A stretch of DNA of 60,699 nt from Candidatus Thalassarchaeum sp. (lineage in GTDB: Archaea > Thermoplasmatota > Poseidoniia > Poseidoniales > Thalassarchaeaceae): the NCBI GenBank assembly GCA_045559735.1, contig JBJLJN010000020.1:1-60699 (forward strand), written 5' to 3'. Both the position numbers and the translations under genes were made by a program. Below are positions 46,076 to 56,902 of the stretch, in pieces. How positions within the stretch are numbered: position 1 is the stretch's first letter; each line of letters begins with the position of its first letter. Under the pieces are notes generated by a model. It was not told the DNA's origin. It saw only the letters and a list, made by a program, of their open reading frames with translations, and did not search any database.

Positions 46076-49000
46076 ATGGTTCGACAGCTCACCCAAGACA
46101 GATACAGCCCGGCAATCAGGCATGATAGGAACGAGGACACCCGCAAGAAGCAACTGACTATGTTCCTAGCATCCGTCATGGTTGCGTCCCTGTTTGCCCC
46201 TTCTCTGGCCACTGATGTCTCGTTCCTCGAACCAGCCGAGACCCGTCACGAGACTGCAAATAACACGCTCAACAACACGGCAACTCAGACCATCATGTCG
46301 AACCTGAACACATCTAATCCTACCGAGATTACTGGGGTTATGGACGATCTTAGTAGGGTACATTTGGTCTGGATTGAGAACGGCTCCCAGCCGATGCTTC
46401 AGTATGCTCTAATCTCAACAAATGGAATCGATACTGTGCTGATTTCAAACACTCTAATCGGCGCAAACAACTCGACTGCAATCTCCAGCCCATCCTTGGT
46501 TGTTGACTCGAACAGGCGAGCTCACATCGTCTGGTCGATTACAGATATCGAGATCCTATACATCCTACTAGACCCATCATTGGATGACCTCGACGGGGGT
46601 TCTGGCAATATTGTCAATATGACTCTGGCGTCTTACACTGTGGCCGACGGCTCCGGCGTGCGCAACGATCCTGACATCGCCATCGACTCCTATGATGGAG
46701 CACATGTGGTATGGGTCGACACATACGACCCACAGGGTCTGTACTTTGGCACGCCACTGATTTACTACACGATGCTGACCTACGACTCGTCGGGCAACTT
46801 CGACGTACAAATCAACAATTCAATCATCACCCCGGCTCTCGGGTTCAAGGGCAACCCAGCGGTATCTATCGGAGCCAACAACACGGTAATCGTAGTCTGG
46901 GAGGACACGCGTGGAAGCCTAGTTGAGTACGTGGGCCTTCTGGACACCTCCGGTTCGATGACTACTGAATGGGAGGACATGTGCGCGGTTTTCTATGGAG
47001 GTAATCTGACCAGTGGCGATTACTTCCAAGGCGTCAAGCCGATGCTTGAAGCCGCCAGTATTACGGTTCTCGAGACCTTATATGCACTGAGCGGTACAAT
47101 GTCGCACGCTGCAAACCACAAGAATTGCGAGGACGGCTACTTCGCTGGCGGCAACGGAACCGAGGGCCCAAGGTCGACATACCTTGGCCAGAACACCTCG
47201 GACACAACAGGCGGAATCCGCTCGTTGGACGCTGTGATGTACAACAACACCTCGCTCACAATACCCTCTGACTGGGGCTTCTACAGCGAGATGTGGGGCC
47301 CCGGGTCTACCTGGGCATGCCTCTCATGGCGTGACAACTCTGGTATGACTCCGGGCAATCCGGCGACCACAGCTGACCACCAGTGGAACCCAAACGCGAC
47401 TAAGCTGATTATCCCGGTCTCCGATGAGGGCCCGTACGGTGGCTCAGGCAACGGGGCAGAGGCCCAAGAGGCCGATGACTACCAAAGCATCAGGGAAGCT
47501 CATGATGCGTGTGTCAGCGCTGGAATCATCCCGATACCTGTTGCTGGAACTACCTCCTACGGTGCCAGCACTATCTGGGCTAACGACACTCATGTTCGAT
47601 CACACATGATGGATCTCGCTCAATGTGCGGGCAACACCACGGGTATCCAAGTCCGGACCTGCGACGACTCAGCAGTCAACACCACTGACGCAGGGGGGGA
47701 TATGTTCCTGTACCCAACAGATAACATGGCCAACTTTGAGGGCGACTTCGAGTCGGGACACCTGACCAATGGATGGGGAGTGTCAGGCACATCCTCGAAC
47801 ACTTGGTTTGTCGAAGCGGCGAATGATGGAATCGTATACTCTCAGGCGAACCTATGTGACATCGGCGGCACCACGGGCAACCCGTCATTCTACTCCTTGT
47901 CCTGCAACTACACCCACCCGGCCGGAGAAACTGTCGACCTTACCGTGAATGTGGACGCTTGGGCTTCGGAGTTCAGCATGGACGTCGTCCTGCCCGATGG
48001 AACCGTGGCCTCATTCAATAGCAGTTCAGTATACAATCACTACAGCGGGGTTCTGGTCAGCTTAACGGGTGCAGGAAACTACACAATCTACCTAAACGAC
48101 TCGTATGGAGACGGTGGAACATCGGTTTCTGCAGACTACACATATGTCTCTGCCACGAATCCATCCTCGACTCCAATCTCTGGCACCTACTCCGCCAGAT
48201 CCGGGGACATATCCGATGGTGATAGCACCAACCTTGAGTTCACTGGGGTGATGTCCAACGGAACTGTCAGCTTCGCCTACAACGTCTCGTCTGAGGTTAA
48301 CTTCGACTTCCTAAGATTCTACATCGATGGAGTACAGGTCGGACAGTGGTCCGGAACTCAAAGCGGGAACTTCTCTACACCTGTTTCTCTGGGCCAACAC
48401 ACGCTGAAGTGGACCTATGTGAAGGACGGCAGCGTCAGCGCGGGAAGCGATGCCGCTTGGATAGACGATGTGGTGATTCCACTAGCTAACTACACACAGG
48501 AGATGCAAGCCCTAGTTCAGTCGATCATCACCCTGACCACGGCCACAGGTTCCACAGAGACATTCCTCACCGTACTCAACCCCTATTCCTTACTGAACAA
48601 CCCACGCTCAAGTTGGCATCCAGGAGACTCAGCCACCTCGATTAACCCAGATACTGGGCAATATGTCGAGGATATTGGCCCCTCGCTGGACTATGTTTGG
48701 CAGGACGGTGGCGGCTGGGGTACAATCGGCCACTTCGTGTTGGTCAACGACACCCGGCTAACCAATGGGCACGGTTGGAGTTCTAGCCCCGACGTCAATG
48801 TCGATGACGATGGCAACATCCACGTCGTCTGGGTCGATGGCCGCTCAACTATCCCGAGCAAGGCCGGCCCGTCGCAATTGCACTACATGCAGATCGATCT
48901 TGACAGAGCCGGGACACTAGATGGTGAGCCCGATGGCTTGGACATGAGCGAGGTCGCAGTGGTATCCGATTCAGCAGTCGTAGGCTCTGATATGACTTGG

Positions 49001-51232
49001 GGATCGAATCCGAGAGTCGATTTCGACAATGACGACTCCATCCATATTACATGGTTTGAATCTACACCGCAAACCAATCAAGAAAGTAGCAGCGTGGAAT
49101 TGAGATGGACTAGAATCCTGTCTCCCAATTTAATCGACGGCCAATTGCCTTTGGGAAGGACCCTAGAACAGGCATATGGTGTCATCAACACCAGAATTAT
49201 CGCTACAAGCAATGACAACCTGATGGGTGTGTTCGGGACAGGTCTGGACACCAGCTCACAGCCTATAGTGAACTTCGACTGGCCCAACCGCGACATCATC
49301 TGGACTACCCCAGATTGCGCTCAGGACACCACTTCTCGCGAGAAGTGGGACGTCTGCATGTGGTCTGAGAGCGTCTACAACATGGCAATCGAATTAGACC
49401 CCGGTTCGGAAGATGAGATTTCACTCCAGCCAGGTCAGTCTGCGGATATCGGGATGCTGTTGAGAGGAATCAGAATTCCCGGGGGCAGCGACATAGTAGT
49501 TTCTGACACTTCGGAAGCTCCTGAGCATTGGCACATCGAGGTCGGGTTCTCTCAGACATACCAGAGTACTACCACTCTTGTGGACGGGTCGACCGCTGAT
49601 CTGGACCTGTTCATCAGAGCTCCTAGCCTCCAACATGTGAATGAGGGCCAGAGCTTCGAACTCTCGGTTATCGTCAGCTCTTCAAGCAAGGCCGAAGCCA
49701 CGACCAGCAAGTCATTCCATATCGATTTGGTAAATCTGGGAGACTGGAATGATGATGACGGAGACGGAATCTTAGACTATGAGGATGATTGCCAGTTCGG
49801 TGATTCAGGTTGGACCTCAGACGTTGACACCGACCACGACGGAGACGGTTGTAGGGACTCCACCGAGGATCTCAACGACGACAATGACGGCTATGTCGAC
49901 GTTGATGACTCATGCCCGTCAGGCCATATGGGAGAGCACGTAGATCTCGACGGTGATGGCTGTGATGACATCCATGAGGACCCAGACAATGACGGTGATG
50001 GAGTAGAGAACCACCTAGACCTGTGCCCCAACGGGGCCCAATACTGGGCGTCTTTCGCCGAGGACAACGACGGCGATGGATGCCGAGACGCCGATGAGGA
50101 TGACAATGATGACAACGACCCTTATCTGGACGACGTCGACCAATGCCCCTCAGGTATCTCTTGGTGGAACAGTATCCTGTTCGACCACGATGGCGATGGA
50201 TGCCACAACTTGGAAGATCCCGATGACGACAACGACGAGATTCTGGATCACGACGATCTGTGTCCACTGGGCATGACAATATGGATCTCAGAGCCTGCCA
50301 GTGATTACGACTCAGACGGATGTCATGATTTTACTGAGGACAATGACAGAGATAACGACGAGGTTCTAGACTTGGACGACAACTGCCCGACTGGGATGCT
50401 CGGTTGGATCTCCACACCTCTCAATGATTGGGATTCCGACGGCTGCCATGACGACTACGAAGATCTCGACGACGACGACGACGGATTCTTTGACTGGGAA
50501 GACTCATGCATCAGGAGCTCAGTGATTGCCGAATCGCATATCGATGGAGATGGTGATGGCTGCGATGACTACACCGAAGACACGGATCTCGATAACGACG
50601 GCATAGAAACAGCCTATGACAACTGTGAATTTGATCAATCTTCCACTTGGGTATCAACATCTGAGGAGGACTATGACTCGGATGGTTGCGTTGACTCAGT
50701 CGATTTCGACGACGACGGCGACGGGGTGTACGACGAGTATGACCAATGTCCCCTGAGCGTAAATGTGATTTCCGATTTCGACAGGGATGGTTGCGACGAC
50801 TCAACCGAGGACTGGGACGACGATGGCGATGGAGTCCCCGATTCCTCCGACAGATGCCCTCTAGGGTTGATGAATTGGGATTCCTCATCAGGTTCCGACA
50901 TTGATGGAGACGGCTGTATGGATTCGTTGGAGGATGATCGAGTGACCGGGCGAATACTACACACTCTGCGCAGCAATGCGTTCATGACGCTGATGATAGC
51001 GAGCTCTGCAGTGCTTTTGCTCGCAGGGATGATGATGTCTGCTCGCAAAGGACGCTCACGCATCCTTATGGAGGACCAGACTTGGTCTGTGGAGGAGACC
51101 ATGAGAGACACAGTTGAGGCCGTGGAAGATACTCAACAGCAGGTCAGGGATCTCTCTGATTTGGGATACTCTCCCGAGGTAGCTCAGGCCATTGTCGAGA
51201 ATGAGGAGAGAGCGCGAAGGCGCAGGAATTGA
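46076..51232 (+). CDS. Giant surface protein: beta-propeller-like repeats, vWA-like domain, thrombospondin type-3 Ca-binding repeats, C-terminal TM
   Basis: Signal peptide, repeated (A/V/I)H(I/L/V)(V/T)W units, LLDTSGSM (DxSxS) and VSDEGP, many DxDxDGC/DxCP repeats, and TM FMTLMIASSAVLLLAGMMM. Confidence 0.88.
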   Translation: MVRQLTQDRYSPAIRHDRNEDTRKKQLTMFLASVMVASLFAPSLATDVSFLEPAETRHETANNTLNNTATQTIMSNLNTSNPTEITGVMDDLSRVHLVWIENGSQPMLQYALISTNGIDTVLISNTLIGANNSTAISSPSLVVDSNRRAHIVWSITDIEILYILLDPSLDDLDGGSGNIVNMTLASYTVADGSGVRNDPDIAIDSYDGAHVVWVDTYDPQGLYFGTPLIYYTMLTYDSSGNFDVQINNSIITPALGFKGNPAVSIGANNTVIVVWEDTRGSLVEYVGLLDTSGSMTTEWEDMCAVFYGGNLTSGDYFQGVKPMLEAASITVLETLYALSGTMSHAANHKNCEDGYFAGGNGTEGPRSTYLGQNTSDTTGGIRSLDAVMYNNTSLTIPSDWGFYSEMWGPGSTWACLSWRDNSGMTPGNPATTADHQWNPNATKLIIPVSDEGPYGGSGNGAEAQEADDYQSIREAHDACVSAGIIPIPVAGTTSYGASTIWANDTHVRSHMMDLAQCAGNTTGIQVRTCDDSAVNTTDAGGDMFLYPTDNMANFEGDFESGHLTNGWGVSGTSSNTWFVEAANDGIVYSQANLCDIGGTTGNPSFYSLSCNYTHPAGETVDLTVNVDAWASEFSMDVVLPDGTVASFNSSSVYNHYSGVLVSLTGAGNYTIYLNDSYGDGGTSVSADYTYVSATNPSSTPISGTYSARSGDISDGDSTNLEFTGVMSNGTVSFAYNVSSEVNFDFLRFYIDGVQVGQWSGTQSGNFSTPVSLGQHTLKWTYVKDGSVSAGSDAAWIDDVVIPLANYTQEMQALVQSIITLTTATGSTETFLTVLNPYSLLNNPRSSWHPGDSATSINPDTGQYVEDIGPSLDYVWQDGGGWGTIGHFVLVNDTRLTNGHGWSSSPDVNVDDDGNIHVVWVDGRSTIPSKAGPSQLHYMQIDLDRAGTLDGEPDGLDMSEVAVVSDSAVVGSDMTWGSNPRVDFDNDDSIHITWFESTPQTNQESSSVELRWTRILSPNLIDGQLPLGRTLEQAYGVINTRIIATSNDNLMGVFGTGLDTSSQPIVNFDWPNRDIIWTTPDCAQDTTSREKWDVCMWSESVYNMAIELDPGSEDEISLQPGQSADIGMLLRGIRIPGGSDIVVSDTSEAPEHWHIEVGFSQTYQSTTTLVDGSTADLDLFIRAPSLQHVNEGQSFELSVIVSSSSKAEATTSKSFHIDLVNLGDWNDDDGDGILDYEDDCQFGDSGWTSDVDTDHDGDGCRDSTEDLNDDNDGYVDVDDSCPSGHMGEHVDLDGDGCDDIHEDPDNDGDGVENHLDLCPNGAQYWASFAEDNDGDGCRDADEDDNDDNDPYLDDVDQCPSGISWWNSILFDHDGDGCHNLEDPDDDNDEILDHDDLCPLGMTIWISEPASDYDSDGCHDFTEDNDRDNDEVLDLDDNCPTGMLGWISTPLNDWDSDGCHDDYEDLDDDDDGFFDWEDSCIRSSVIAESHIDGDGDGCDDYTEDTDLDNDGIETAYDNCEFDQSSTWVSTSEEDYDSDGCVDSVDFDDDGDGVYDEYDQCPLSVNVISDFDRDGCDDSTEDWDDDGDGVPDSSDRCPLGLMNWDSSSGSDIDGDGCMDSLEDDRVTGRILHTLRSNAFMTLMIASSAVLLLAGMMMSARKGRSRILMEDQTWSVEETMRDTVEAVEDTQQQVRDLSDLGYSPEVAQAIVENEERARRRRN

Positions 51233-51299
51233 ATCAGATCAAACATCTATGAATCATTTTCTTAACCTCACATGATGCCTCAGAGACAGGAGGGTCGAG

Positions 51300-51944
51300 A
51301 TGAGGGCGGTAAGGGTCGAGTGTTCCATCCCATCAATAGAGCACGACCACAGAGTCCAAGCAGCCCTGCGGGCGGTCAGCTGGGACTATCGCGGAGTACT
51401 CGACCAAATTGACGGTTGTCTGCGGGTGTTGTGCGAATGTATTACCACAGACGGTAACTGCCCTCCACCCGGTTTCGAGATTGGAGGTATCAAGGTAGTC
51501 GAGATATTGGAAGAATGGAGTACTGAGTACCTTACTCATCATTTGGTTTCTCTTGAGTTCGAACAGGAAATGGTAGGTCATTTCTTCCAATCCAGAGATT
51601 TGACTCTGTTAGCCGGGACTAACTTAACTTCCAATGGGCTGGTCATCCAAGTAGCGGGCAGACAATCCTCGATGGTTAACTTTCTGAGAGCATTCCGAGA
51701 ATCCGTACCGGTAGAGAGAATTACCTCTGCACAGTCCTCGGAAGGGATCATCCAAAAGGGCCCGACACTGCAACAACACAGGATAATCAAGGTGGCACAC
51801 AGAAACGGCTGGTACGAGGTCCCGAAGAGAATCTCGATCAGAGGATTAGCATCCAAGTTGGGCCTGTCAAAGTCAACCGTGGCAGAGCAATTGGTCAAAG
51901 CCGAGAGCGAGATAGTGGGCGGCTTTCTTGAGAACTCGCGCTAG
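51300..51944 (+). CDS. HTH_10 (bacterio-opsin activator-type HTH) transcriptional regulator
   Basis: C-terminal TLQQHRIIKVAHRNGWYEVPKRISIRGLASKLGLSKSTVAEQLVKAE. Confidence 0.88.
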   Translation: MRAVRVECSIPSIEHDHRVQAALRAVSWDYRGVLDQIDGCLRVLCECITTDGNCPPPGFEIGGIKVVEILEEWSTEYLTHHLVSLEFEQEMVGHFFQSRDLTLLAGTNLTSNGLVIQVAGRQSSMVNFLRAFRESVPVERITSAQSSEGIIQKGPTLQQHRIIKVAHRNGWYEVPKRISIRGLASKLGLSKSTVAEQLVKAESEIVGGFLENSR

Positions 51945-53170
51945 ATTGCGAAAGCATCCAGTCTCATCTGCCGCCCCCTCTTGACGAACCAGCTGTTTCG
52001 CAGGTCATCGGGTGCAGAAACCCTAGGGGCGACGTATTCTATTGCCTGCTCAAGGGTGTCGAACTCCTTCAAGGATCCACTCATGGCCTTTCGGACCGTC
52101 TCTCGGATCAGCCATACTCCTACCGGGGCCCAGTAACCCGGACCGATATCTCTCCAGACCATACAGGCTCCGGAGCGACGAATTGAATCCATGTACTCAA
52201 GCACACCCAGTCTCGCTGAGTAGTAGGCGCCGGTTATGCAGTGCGCGTACTCCTTTCGAGGTTCAAGGTCCTCCCAGTCACCAAGAACCTTGCCAGTACC
52301 TGTCCAGACACTCCCTCTAGTCCAAGCTTCGAGCATGTGGTAAGCCCATAGTCCGGGCGCGAGGATGACATGGAATCGATTGTCCAGATAGGTGGCCTCG
52401 TAGACCTGAACCTTGTCGAGAGAGGGGTAGTGCCTGACTTTGTCCCACAGTTGCTTGCTCAGCATATCGTCTGTAGCCGTTATGCCCCATCTTGTGGGAA
52501 CCAGCTTCCTGTTGCCGGCTCTTCCGAGCAATCCTGCAGAGAGCAAACGGGAGATCTGAGCCTCGCCGACGGATGCCTGGGTCAATTCTTCCATCGCATC
52601 GGCGGCTAAGAGGTCCTCCTCATCGGAAATCGAATCGACCTTGCGAGGGACGCTTGCATGTCCGACGACCTCAGCCCGAAGGACCTCTCCTGACGGTCCG
52701 AGCGGGGTACTCATGCTGTCGAAGGTGGGGCTGCCGCCCACCATAATAGGGCGTGCGAAACTCATCTCGATATCGACACTCCTGTCAGCCATCGCTATCT
52801 CCTGCGTAGTCTCAAGCATCTGGTCGGGTGACTGCGCACTGCGTACTCGCATGACTCTGCCCCCGGTAATCAGGCTGGCATGCCTTGCTGCCACCTCTTC
52901 CAGGGGCCTTCCGAACAAATCTGCAGGATCTCCGCTGACGAGTTGCTGCGAATCACTTTCTTCGGCCATCCATGTGGCACTCGGACCTGCCCTGACGTCT
53001 GGGTAGCCGTACCTGCCGACGAACATAGATGGCGGGCTAGGGCCGACTAGCTCACTCAGGCTCTCTGAATCATTAGTGGGCAGCCTCAATCTGACCTCAG
53101 CAAGAAGCGGGCAGGGGGATATGCCACACAGGCCCTTGGTACCTCGGCAGTCGATGCACTCTGGGAACAT
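51941..53170 (-). CDS. nreA: Nre family DNA repair protein
   Basis: CIDCRG..LCG..PCP, PPSMFVGRYGYP, RKLVPTRWGITATDD, PVGVWLIRE and C-terminal PIP box QMRLDAF. Confidence 0.92.
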   Translation of the reverse strand: MFPECIDCRGTKGLCGISPCPLLAEVRLRLPTNDSESLSELVGPSPPSMFVGRYGYPDVRAGPSATWMAEESDSQQLVSGDPADLFGRPLEEVAARHASLITGGRVMRVRSAQSPDQMLETTQEIAMADRSVDIEMSFARPIMVGGSPTFDSMSTPLGPSGEVLRAEVVGHASVPRKVDSISDEEDLLAADAMEELTQASVGEAQISRLLSAGLLGRAGNRKLVPTRWGITATDDMLSKQLWDKVRHYPSLDKVQVYEATYLDNRFHVILAPGLWAYHMLEAWTRGSVWTGTGKVLGDWEDLEPRKEYAHCITGAYYSARLGVLEYMDSIRRSGACMVWRDIGPGYWAPVGVWLIRETVRKAMSGSLKEFDTLEQAIEYVAPRVSAPDDLRNSWFVKRGRQMRLDAFAI

Positions 53171-53268
53171 CGGAAGGCAATCGCAATTGATTGCTCTTAG
53201 GCATACTGTCACATGAACTCAGGACGGCGGCATTCAAAGGGGTGATTGCGTTGCGACGAGTGAGAGAA

Positions 53269-53703
53269 ATGTCGAGGATCCCCGCAGTCATCTTGCAGCA
53301 CTTCGTCGGCCTTTCGGAATACGAGAGGATGTTGGCTATCGACAAGGCTTCGAGAGAGCTTGCGATGAGCGTCGATGAGATACAGGCCGAGATTGACGCC
53401 TTCCAGGACGAGCCCTTCAATCAGCACACACCAGTCGCCGAAGAACCAGTGCGAGAGTCCCCCAAGCGGAAGCCGATATTCAGACGACCAAAGAAGAATG
53501 ACGAAGGAGGGCCTGAGTTCATAGATGACTCTCATAAGTATCGTTTCAGATATGATCCCAGCCAAGCCGGTATGAATCGTCAGAAGGACGCTACTCAAGC
53601 TATCTCATGCCCTCATTGTAAGGCCGCGCTGGCGATTCCTGAGATTAGACCAATCAATGTGACATGCCCCGCATGCATGATGGAATCGACGTTCGAGGCC
53701 TGA
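53269..53703 (+). CDS. Hypothetical protein with C-terminal zinc ribbon
   Basis: CPHC...CPAC. Confidence 0.7.
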   Translation: MSRIPAVILQHFVGLSEYERMLAIDKASRELAMSVDEIQAEIDAFQDEPFNQHTPVAEEPVRESPKRKPIFRRPKKNDEGGPEFIDDSHKYRFRYDPSQAGMNRQKDATQAISCPHCKAALAIPEIRPINVTCPACMMESTFEA

Positions 53704-54873
53704 CTAAACTCCCCAGAACCTTTCCTCTCCGGATAGGCCATCTTCCTCAGTGACTGACATCACCGCGGTTCTCAGCAGATAGTACAGGGCTATTGTGAAC
53801 ACAGGCATCCCCCAAGTATCGCTCACGCTCTGGTAGTCGAGGCTGAAGTCGGACCCACCCATCTCTACCAGAATAACCACCAAAGCAGCCTTGGCGAAGG
53901 TGTACACCACTGCTCCCAGACCCAAGAGGAGGACGCTTCGACCGGTGAACGAACCTTCCTTCCAGCGCAGGACACCCAGAGACAGCATGAACGAGAATGC
54001 AGCGACGACTATCCAAGTTAATGCTTCATTGATAGCTATCGCCCACACTGCAATATCGCGATTAACCGCATCGACATTGAAGTCCGAGCCCAAACCAGCG
54101 ACATAGCCAGCAATCTCTGAGCTGTTTGACGAGAACACCTGATATCCTGTTAGAACAGATAGCAGAACCGAGACAATCGACAAGCCCCAGAGCAGTGAGG
54201 ACCAGATGCCTCCCGTGGCGCTCTCCCTCATGTCGATCATTAAACGGTCCAGCTGTCTCTCCCAGCCCAGTCCCTTCGCGAACAGCCAGATACCGATGAA
54301 TAGAGGCATGGCCCCGATGAGAGCAGCCCCATTGGGCAGGATCAGACCCAGACCAAAAATCATCAGGAAAACTGCGACCGGGACAAGTAGACGAGCCCTC
54401 CATCGAGGATCATCAATTGCCTTGGCGATGTAGTAGTATGTACTCTCGATACCCTTTGATTGCCTCACAATCACCTTCTCCACGTGATCGACCCTGACTC
54501 TCGATGTGATGATGGGGAGCGAAGCCTCGTCATCGGCTCCGTCAGTAACCAGAACAGCAGAATCAGGCTGGAACTCCTGAATCACCTCATCGAGCTGCAT
54601 CGCTATCGCGCGGTCGCTTCGCGGACCTACCCTGACGTCCCCCGTCAGCAGAGCAATCTCAATCTCGTCATTGCCCTGACCACCTTCCACCATTCTGTCA
54701 TAGTGGTGAAGTGCCCCAAGAATTGCGTTGGTGTCTGATTCCTCAGGGTCTGCTATACCGAGCTTGACGGCAGCACGCATGGCGTCCTTACGGCTGACCA
54801 CCGGACCTCTGATGCCAGCCTTGACCCCGAGGTCGTTGTCGCGGTCGACAGTCAGTACGAGAGTCCTCACCAT
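53704..54873 (-). CDS. DUF373 family membrane protein
   Basis: Motifs LVLTVDRDNDLG, ADPEESDTN, DGADDE and VRQSKGIESTYY, followed by TMs. Confidence 0.9.
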   Translation of the reverse strand: MVRTLVLTVDRDNDLGVKAGIRGPVVSRKDAMRAAVKLGIADPEESDTNAILGALHHYDRMVEGGQGNDEIEIALLTGDVRVGPRSDRAIAMQLDEVIQEFQPDSAVLVTDGADDEASLPIITSRVRVDHVEKVIVRQSKGIESTYYYIAKAIDDPRWRARLLVPVAVFLMIFGLGLILPNGAALIGAMPLFIGIWLFAKGLGWERQLDRLMIDMRESATGGIWSSLLWGLSIVSVLLSVLTGYQVFSSNSSEIAGYVAGLGSDFNVDAVNRDIAVWAIAINEALTWIVVAAFSFMLSLGVLRWKEGSFTGRSVLLLGLGAVVYTFAKAALVVILVEMGGSDFSLDYQSVSDTWGMPVFTIALYYLLRTAVMSVTEEDGLSGEERFWGV

Positions 54874-54915
54874 GGCTACTCATCCGATTTGGACAGCGAT
54901 ACGGCCCTGCCCATA

Positions 54916-56088
54916 TCAAGAATTGGCCGTCTCGGGCTCGCTCTCAGCGTCTTGAGGCTCCTTACTGTCCAGCGAACCCTCTCTGAAACGACTCCTTTGC
55001 TTGGCTCGTATGTACTTCAAAGGGTGAGTCAGCCACTCCTGGTCACACAGTCTGTCGTCTCCAGGCTGAACCGGACAGCGAGCCGAAGTCTTGAGCGCAG
55101 AGCACCCGTGTGGTGTGTAATCACGCTCGTAGATTTGGTTGACTTGGTATCCCGTGGTCTCGGCATTGTAATCAGGAGCGTTGGCGAAGAAGGAACAGGT
55201 CTGCTCCTGACTCAGGCCTATCGATTTCGAGAAGGCGGCGAGGAAGACTCTGCCGACGTGGTTGACATTGACACCTTGATTGAGCTCTGAAACTGCGGAC
55301 TCGAAGCACGGCGGCCAGTCCTCTCTGATGGCCGCTGACATAGGCATCTCTGCCTTTACCTGCTCTGAGAGAAGTGAGGTAATCCTCTCTACTGGCTCCG
55401 AAAACAAAGCGGCAAACTCCTCGCTCATACGACTCATCCGCTCTAGGCAAGCATCGGTCAGATTCTCTCTGACACGCTCCTTTAACAGCCTCGCAGTACG
55501 CTTTCTACTGTTCTCTCCCACGGCTGGGTCCATGCACACCCACCCATCCTTAACCGGGCGGTTAGGCAGATGCCAGTAGGCGCCAGAAATTCTCGGGCAC
55601 AGCTCGATGAAGTCAACCATGGGAATCCAATAGACCAAGTCCTCATTCCCCTGCTGCGGCTCAGTACGGAAATCCGATAGGTATGATGAGGCTAACAACT
55701 CAAAATTACCCGAGTCCCTCCCAAATAGCTTGTCTGCCCGACTAGCCTCACCCTCGACCCAGCGAGCAAGCAATCTCTCGTTGAAAGAAGCACATACAAC
55801 AAGCATAGCGTGTAGGAATGACAACACCTCGGTCATCCTTCCTATCTCGGTGGACAAATCAACGGTGGTCGCAGTATCGGCCCCGTCCTTATGCATCACG
55901 CTGTCCAGAAGCCTGAGCCTCCCTCGAGTCCTGACATCCTCAAGCCAAGGAGTCTCGATTAGATCCTCTATGGTGACACCATTATCCTCAAGGACCTGTC
56001 GCATGTACTCCCTACCTTGTGGCAGGAAGGGGTATCGCGCCAGTAGCTTCCCGTCTTCGATAGTAGGGAGAGCCAGAGGCATTGGCAT
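54916..56088 (-). CDS. priL: DNA primase large subunit
   Basis: ARYPFL, WPPCF, NHVGR, APDYN...YQV and Fe-S Cys cluster GCSALKTSARC...LC...HPLKY. Confidence 0.92.
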   Translation of the reverse strand: MPMPLALPTIEDGKLLARYPFLPQGREYMRQVLEDNGVTIEDLIETPWLEDVRTRGRLRLLDSVMHKDGADTATTVDLSTEIGRMTEVLSFLHAMLVVCASFNERLLARWVEGEASRADKLFGRDSGNFELLASSYLSDFRTEPQQGNEDLVYWIPMVDFIELCPRISGAYWHLPNRPVKDGWVCMDPAVGENSRKRTARLLKERVRENLTDACLERMSRMSEEFAALFSEPVERITSLLSEQVKAEMPMSAAIREDWPPCFESAVSELNQGVNVNHVGRVFLAAFSKSIGLSQEQTCSFFANAPDYNAETTGYQVNQIYERDYTPHGCSALKTSARCPVQPGDDRLCDQEWLTHPLKYIRAKQRSRFREGSLDSKEPQDAESEPETANS

Positions 56089-56150
56089 GAAAGCAGATAG
56101 TCGCGAGGGTTATTCAACACTCACCATACCCTTCTACTGGAGCAGTGTGC

Positions 56151-56900
56151 ATGGACAAGCCGACCGAACTACGCCCGGTGGACCCTAGGTTGGTCAATAT
56201 CCAATCGGATGTGCGAGAGCACTTCGGGTGGGATTTGAACTCAGACCTCTCCAGTGCTCGAGATATGATGGATCTTGTGGAGTCCTTCGACATCAGGTCA
56301 TGGGAGAGGCCACATCGTGCAGCAAACGTTGCGACAGTTTACCGAAGATTGGTTCTGCGTGATACCGAAGTCGCAATAATGGGGGCTGCTGTCGAGCCTG
56401 AAGAGGTGGAAAACGTCCTACAGCGACCCTCACTATTGGTTGCTGCAGACGGATCTGCTGGAGTCTTCTCCATGCTTCCAGCCTCGACTGCTGAGAGAGC
56501 CTGGTCAAGGCTGATTTGTGTTGTCAGCGATGCAGATGGAGGGGATGGGACCTACGAGGCAGTAGATCGTGGGAAGCCGGTTTTCCTACACGCTCATGGT
56601 GACAACCGACCCGATTGGACATCACTGTTAGAGCATGCTTCCGAACTAACTACTCCACCACCTCTGATTCTCACCCATCAGACCGATTCACCAATTGAGG
56701 GGATGAGTAATCCAGGCGGCTTCACAGATGGTGACAGGGCCGCGTGTATCGTCCGCTCCATCGGCGCTCCGATTGAATCAATCTCCATGTTGGGCACTCG
56801 TATGGATATTGTCGGACGTTGGTCGGGAGTCACCGATAAGGAAGCTAAATTGGAGAAATTGAAGTGGATGAGTGAGGTATTGGGAATCCTAGGGATCTGA
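56151..56900 (+). CDS. mptE: 6-hydroxymethyl-7,8-dihydropterin pyrophosphokinase MptE-like
   Basis: Motifs AADGS, VSDADG, HAHGDN, GGFTDGDRA and KLEKLKW. Confidence 0.85.
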   Translation: MDKPTELRPVDPRLVNIQSDVREHFGWDLNSDLSSARDMMDLVESFDIRSWERPHRAANVATVYRRLVLRDTEVAIMGAAVEPEEVENVLQRPSLLVAADGSAGVFSMLPASTAERAWSRLICVVSDADGGDGTYEAVDRGKPVFLHAHGDNRPDWTSLLEHASELTTPPPLILTHQTDSPIEGMSNPGGFTDGDRAACIVRSIGAPIESISMLGTRMDIVGRWSGVTDKEAKLEKLKWMSEVLGILGI

Positions 56901-56902
56901 GT

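Noticed and set aside
49740-50940. Repetitive GAC/GAT-rich DNA that might be a CRISPR or tandem repeat array
   Set aside because: It is the coding sequence of degenerate TSP3 repeats, with no identical repeats separated by unique spacers.
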